Shown here piece by piece: positions 60,323 to 64,000 of a DNA stretch of 64,000 bases (position 1 is the stretch's first letter; the number at the start of each line of letters is the position of its first letter). Under the pieces are notes generated by a model. That model saw only the letters and a list, made by a program, of their open reading frames with translations, ran no database searches and was not told where the DNA came from. Made by a program: the position numbers and the translations under genes. The DNA is from Tagaea sp. GTDB taxonomy: Bacteria > Pseudomonadota > Alphaproteobacteria > CACIAM-22H2. The stretch covers positions 576,001-640,000 of the forward strand of contig CBDIIB010000005.1 of NCBI GenBank assembly GCA_965279525.1, in the 5' to 3' direction.

Positions 60323-61129
60323 ATGAGCCGGCTCCCGAAGCGCTACTGGCAGGACATGACGTGGCCGGAGTTCGACGCGCTCGACAAGGAGCGCGTCATC
60401 GCCGTGCTGCCGGTGGCCGCGATCGAGCAGCACGGGCCGCATCTGCCGGTCTATGTCGACACCTGCATCAATGCCGGCATCGTCGCGCGCACGGTCGAAT
60501 TGCTGCCCGACGACCTGCCGGTGACGTTCCTGCCGGCGATGCCGGTGGGCAAGTCGAACGAGCACATCTCGTTCCCGGGCACGCTGACGCTGTCGGCCGA
60601 GACGCTGACGCGCCTGTGGACCGAGATCGGCGACTCGGTCGCGCGCGCGGGCATCCGCAAGTTCGTCATCTTCAACAGCCATGGCGGCCAGCCGCAGGTC
60701 GCCGAGATCGTCTGCCGGGACCTGCGCGTGCGTCACAAGATGTTCGCGGCCACGATCAACACCTACGGCCTCGGCAAGCCGCCGGGCATCTTCCCGGCCG
60801 ACGAGCTGCGCTTCGGCATCCATGCCGGCTCGAGCGAGACGTCGGTGATGATGCATCTACGCGGCGACCTGGTTAAGGAATCCGAATGCCGGAACTTCGA
60901 GCCGCTGACCGCGAAGCTTTCCAAGGAGAGTCCGATCCTGGCCGGCGAGGGGCGCATCCTCTTCGGCTGGGAAGTGCAGGACCTCAACCCTGCCGGTGCG
61001 TGCGGTAACGCGCTCGACGCCGACGCCGAGCGCGGCCGGCAGGTCGTCGATCATGCGGCCCGGCGGTTCGTCCAGGCGCTTGGCGAGATCGACAGGTATC
61101 CGCTGACGAACATCGTCGTGCGGAAATAG
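60323..61129 (+). CDS. Creatininase family amidohydrolase
   Basis: EQHGPHLP, EHISFPGT, NSHGG, HAGSSETS. Confidence 0.92.
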   Translation: MSRLPKRYWQDMTWPEFDALDKERVIAVLPVAAIEQHGPHLPVYVDTCINAGIVARTVELLPDDLPVTFLPAMPVGKSNEHISFPGTLTLSAETLTRLWTEIGDSVARAGIRKFVIFNSHGGQPQVAEIVCRDLRVRHKMFAATINTYGLGKPPGIFPADELRFGIHAGSSETSVMMHLRGDLVKESECRNFEPLTAKLSKESPILAGEGRILFGWEVQDLNPAGACGNALDADAERGRQVVDHAARRFVQALGEIDRYPLTNIVVRK

Positions 61130-61151
61130 CCCACAAGGGCAATTGGCAGGT

Positions 61152-61168
61152 TGCCGTTTTTTCGGGCA
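61152..61168. promoter_or_regulatory. Candidate NtrC-type enhancer site
   Basis: TGCCGTTTTTTCGGGCA: 17-bp TGC-N11-GCA with T-rich core. Confidence 0.45.
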
Positions 61169-61218
61169 GCCTTATATTCGGTTTCCCAAGCAGCGCGCGG
61201 TTTTCGTGCCGGCGACCA

Positions 61219-61234
61219 TGGTACGGGAATTGCT
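61219..61234 (+). promoter_or_regulatory. Sigma-54 promoter
   Basis: TGGTACGGGAATTGCT, GG-N10-GC spacing. Confidence 0.7.
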
Positions 61235-61291
61235 GTTCGAGCCTACGCGCAACGCCCCCTTGAGTATCCCTGCCCGACAAGGAGCAAACCC

Positions 61292-62305
61292 ATGAGCGGA
61301 AACCGCATTTCGCGTCGCCAGTCCCTCGGCCTGTTCGGTGCCGCAGCGGCCGCAGCGACGCTTCCGGCGCCGGCCTTGCGCGCCCAGACACTCGACAAGT
61401 TCTCCTACCAGACCAACTGGCGCGCCCAGGCCGAGCATGGCGGCTTCTATCAGGCCGTCGCGACGGGCATCTACCGCAAGTACGGCATCGATGCCGACAT
61501 CAAGATGGGCGGTCCGCAACAGGATCCCAACCAGCTTCTCGTCGGCGGGCGCGTCGACGCGATCATGTCGAACTCGTTCGCCGGCTTCAATTACGCGCGC
61601 GAGAACCTGCCCTTCGTCGTGGTCGCCGCGGTGATGCAGAAGGACCCGCAGGTGCTGATCTCGCACCCGGGCATGGGCAACGACACGCTGCCCGCTCTCA
61701 AGGGCAAGCCGGTGCTGATCGGCGCCGGCGGCCGCTCGTCGTACTGGCCTTGGCTCAAGTCCAAGTTCGGCTTCAACGACGAGCAGATCCGCCCCTACAC
61801 CTTCAACATGGCGCCGTTCCTCGCGGACAAGACGCTCTCGCAGCAGGGCTTCCTGTCGAGCGAGCCGTTCGCCATCGAACAGGCCGGCGTCAAGCCGGTC
61901 GTGCACCTGCTCGCCGACTACGGCTTCGACAACTACCAGACGACCATCAACTCGTCGTGGAAGCTGGTCAACGAGAAGCCCGATCTCGTTCAGCGCTTCG
62001 TCAGCGCCTCGATCGAGGGCTGGGTCTCCTACCTCAAGGGCGATCCGGCACCGGCCAACGCGCTCATCAAGCGCGACAACCCCGACATGGACGACGTCAA
62101 GATCGCCTACGCGCACAAGGCGATGAACGACAAGGGCATCGTCGACTCGGGCGACTCCAAGACGCTCGGCGTGGGTTGCATGACCGACGCGCGCTGGAAG
62201 GGCTTCTACGAGGCGATGGTTGCCGCCGGCGCGCAGCCGGCCGGCCTCGACCTCGCGAAGGCCTATACGCTGCGCTTCGTGAACAAGCGCGTCGGGATGG
62301 GATGA
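61292..62305 (+). CDS. ABC substrate-binding protein (NMT1/THI5 family)
   Basis: Tat signal SRRQSL; WRAQAEHGGFYQA; AAGGAG SD. Confidence 0.92.
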   Translation: MSGNRISRRQSLGLFGAAAAAATLPAPALRAQTLDKFSYQTNWRAQAEHGGFYQAVATGIYRKYGIDADIKMGGPQQDPNQLLVGGRVDAIMSNSFAGFNYARENLPFVVVAAVMQKDPQVLISHPGMGNDTLPALKGKPVLIGAGGRSSYWPWLKSKFGFNDEQIRPYTFNMAPFLADKTLSQQGFLSSEPFAIEQAGVKPVVHLLADYGFDNYQTTINSSWKLVNEKPDLVQRFVSASIEGWVSYLKGDPAPANALIKRDNPDMDDVKIAYAHKAMNDKGIVDSGDSKTLGVGCMTDARWKGFYEAMVAAGAQPAGLDLAKAYTLRFVNKRVGMG

Positions 62306-63138
62306 GCGCTGAGGGCCTGACGATCGAAGCCGCCGGACAGCCGGCCGGGCGCGCCGCCCGGCCGGTCGTCAGCTGCCGGGGTGTGGCCAAGCTGTTCTCG
62401 AACGGCACGCTGGCGCTCCAGAACGTCGATCTCGACATCGGCCGGCACCAGTTCGTCTCGCTGCTCGGGCCGTCGGGCTGCGGCAAGTCGACATTGCTGC
62501 GCCTGATCGCAGGGCTTGGCGAGGCGTCCGCCGGCACGATCGACTGGCCGGAGGCCGAGCACGATTCGACCGGTGCGGCCCTGCCGAGCCTCTCCTTCGT
62601 CTTCCAGGAGCCCACGCTGATGCCGTGGGCCAACGCGATCAAGAACGTGATGCTGCCGCTGAAGCTTGCCGGCGTGAAGCCGGACGAACAGCGTGCGCGC
62701 GCGGCCGAAGCGCTGCGCATGGTCGGCCTCGCCTCGTTCGAGAACGCCTATCCGCGCGAGCTGTCGGGCGGCATGAAGATGCGCGTGTCGATCGCGCGCG
62801 CGATGGTCACGCGCCCGCAGGTCCTGCTGATGGACGAGCCGTTCGCGGCACTGGACGAGATCACGCGCTTCAAGCTCAACAACGACCTGCTGGAGCTCTG
62901 GCACGCGTCGAACTTCACCGTCGTGTTCGTCACCCACTCGGTCTTCGAAAGCGTGTTCCTGTCCCAGCGCATCGTGACGATGGCCGCCCGGCCGGGGCGC
63001 GTCATCGCCGACATGGACGTGACCGCCCCCTATCCGCGGGCATCCGACTACCGGACCTCGCCGCTCTACAACGCCCATTGCAAGCGCGCGTCGGAAGCGC
63101 TCGAGCGCGCGATGGGCCATGCGATCGGGGCGCACTGA
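62302..63138 (+). CDS. ABC ATP-binding protein (TauB/SsuB type)
   Basis: GPSGCGKST, LSGGMKMR, DEPFAALD. Confidence 0.94.
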   Translation: MSAEGLTIEAAGQPAGRAARPVVSCRGVAKLFSNGTLALQNVDLDIGRHQFVSLLGPSGCGKSTLLRLIAGLGEASAGTIDWPEAEHDSTGAALPSLSFVFQEPTLMPWANAIKNVMLPLKLAGVKPDEQRARAAEALRMVGLASFENAYPRELSGGMKMRVSIARAMVTRPQVLLMDEPFAALDEITRFKLNNDLLELWHASNFTVVFVTHSVFESVFLSQRIVTMAARPGRVIADMDVTAPYPRASDYRTSPLYNAHCKRASEALERAMGHAIGAH

Positions 63139-63139
63139 C

Positions 63140-64000
63140 ATGCCGGATACGGCCCCCGCCCCCGTCATCACGATCGGCGACGATGCCCCGCCGGTGGTCC
63201 TTCGCGAACGCCGGATCCTTGGCGTGCCGGCCTCGACCTGGCCCAAGGTGCTGATGCCCTTGCTCGTCGGCGTGCTGGCGGTCGCGGTCTGGGAAATCCT
63301 CGTGCGCGTCAACGAGATCCCCGCCTATATCCTGCCCGGCCCCTTCCTGATCGCCCAGACGATGGTGACCGACTGGGGAACACTGTCGGGCTCGCTGTGG
63401 ATCACGCTGTCGATCAGCCTTGCAGCATTGTGCGTGGCCGTCCTGCTGGGCGTATCGCTGTCGGTGCTGTTCGCGCAGTCGAAATGGGTCGAGCTGTCGT
63501 TCTTTCCCTACGCCGTGATCCTGCAGGTGACGCCCATCGTGGCGATCGCACCGCTGATCATCATCTGGGTCAACGACGTGAAGCTCTCGCTGCTGATCTG
63601 CGCGTGGATCGTCGCGTTCTTCCCGATCCTTTCCAACACCACGCTCGGCCTCAACTCGGCCGACCACAACCTGCTCAACCTCTTCCAGCTCTACAAGGCG
63701 ACGCGCTTCCAGACGCTGCTGCACCTGCGCCTGCCGTCGGCCCTCCCCTACTTCCTCGGCGGCCTCAAGATCTCGGGCGGCCTCTCGCTGATCGGCGCCG
63801 TCGTCGCCGAGTTCGTCGCCGGGACCGGCGGCAGCCAGTCGGGCCTCGCCTACCGGATCCTGGAATCCGGATATCAGCTGCGCATCCCCCGCATGTTCGC
63901 CGCCCTGTTCATGATCTCGATCTCCGGGATCGTGATCTTCCTGTGCCTGTCCACGCTGTCGCACATGGTGCTGCGGCGCTGGCACGAAAGCGCGCTCAAG
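63140..64000 (+). CDS. ABC permease (TauC/SsuC type), runs off the window
   Basis: Manual translation ...ILQVTPIVAIAPL...LRLPSALPYFLGGL...GAVVAEF. Confidence 0.9.
   Translation, partial: MPDTAPAPVITIGDDAPPVVLRERRILGVPASTWPKVLMPLLVGVLAVAVWEILVRVNEIPAYILPGPFLIAQTMVTDWGTLSGSLWITLSISLAALCVAVLLGVSLSVLFAQSKWVELSFFPYAVILQVTPIVAIAPLIIIWVNDVKLSLLICAWIVAFFPILSNTTLGLNSADHNLLNLFQLYKATRFQTLLHLRLPSALPYFLGGLKISGGLSLIGAVVAEFVAGTGGSQSGLAYRILESGYQLRIPRMFAALFMISISGIVIFLCLSTLSHMVLRRWHESALK

Noticed and set aside
1-64000. CRISPR array, rRNA, integrase or transposase
   Set aside because: No regularly spaced repeats, rRNA sequence or recombinase motifs seen

Overview
High-GC alphaproteobacterial (Rhodospirillales-like, inferred from gene content and synteny) chromosomal window, mostly housekeeping genes: ubiA, rsmE, gshA, rsmD, rluB, tadA, purD, xseA, ftsEX-gmhB-ydcF-plsC, argH-lipoprotein-lysA-DUF4175, an orphan fliG, a Na/Pi symporter, a frameshifted hybrid histidine kinase with a response regulator, a Gld-like ABC system, class II RNR (nrdJ), ETF-QO, UDG, a lytic transglycosylase, moaB, a radical SAM gene with a LexA box, pheA, cytochrome c and a creatininase/NMT1-type ABC operon. 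The standout is a ~1.15 kb AT-richer insert (41722-42874). It is bounded by a 14/15-bp direct repeat that duplicates the 3' end of the DUF4340 gene and has IHF-like sites near both ends. It has no integrase. It carries one coiled-coil/winged-helix gene and two tandem irregular tRNA genes with tRNA-Leu-type bodies: one has a Pro (UGG) anticodon, the other has a collapsed anticodon loop and a very long variable arm. All calls come from reading the sequence by eye; no searches were run.
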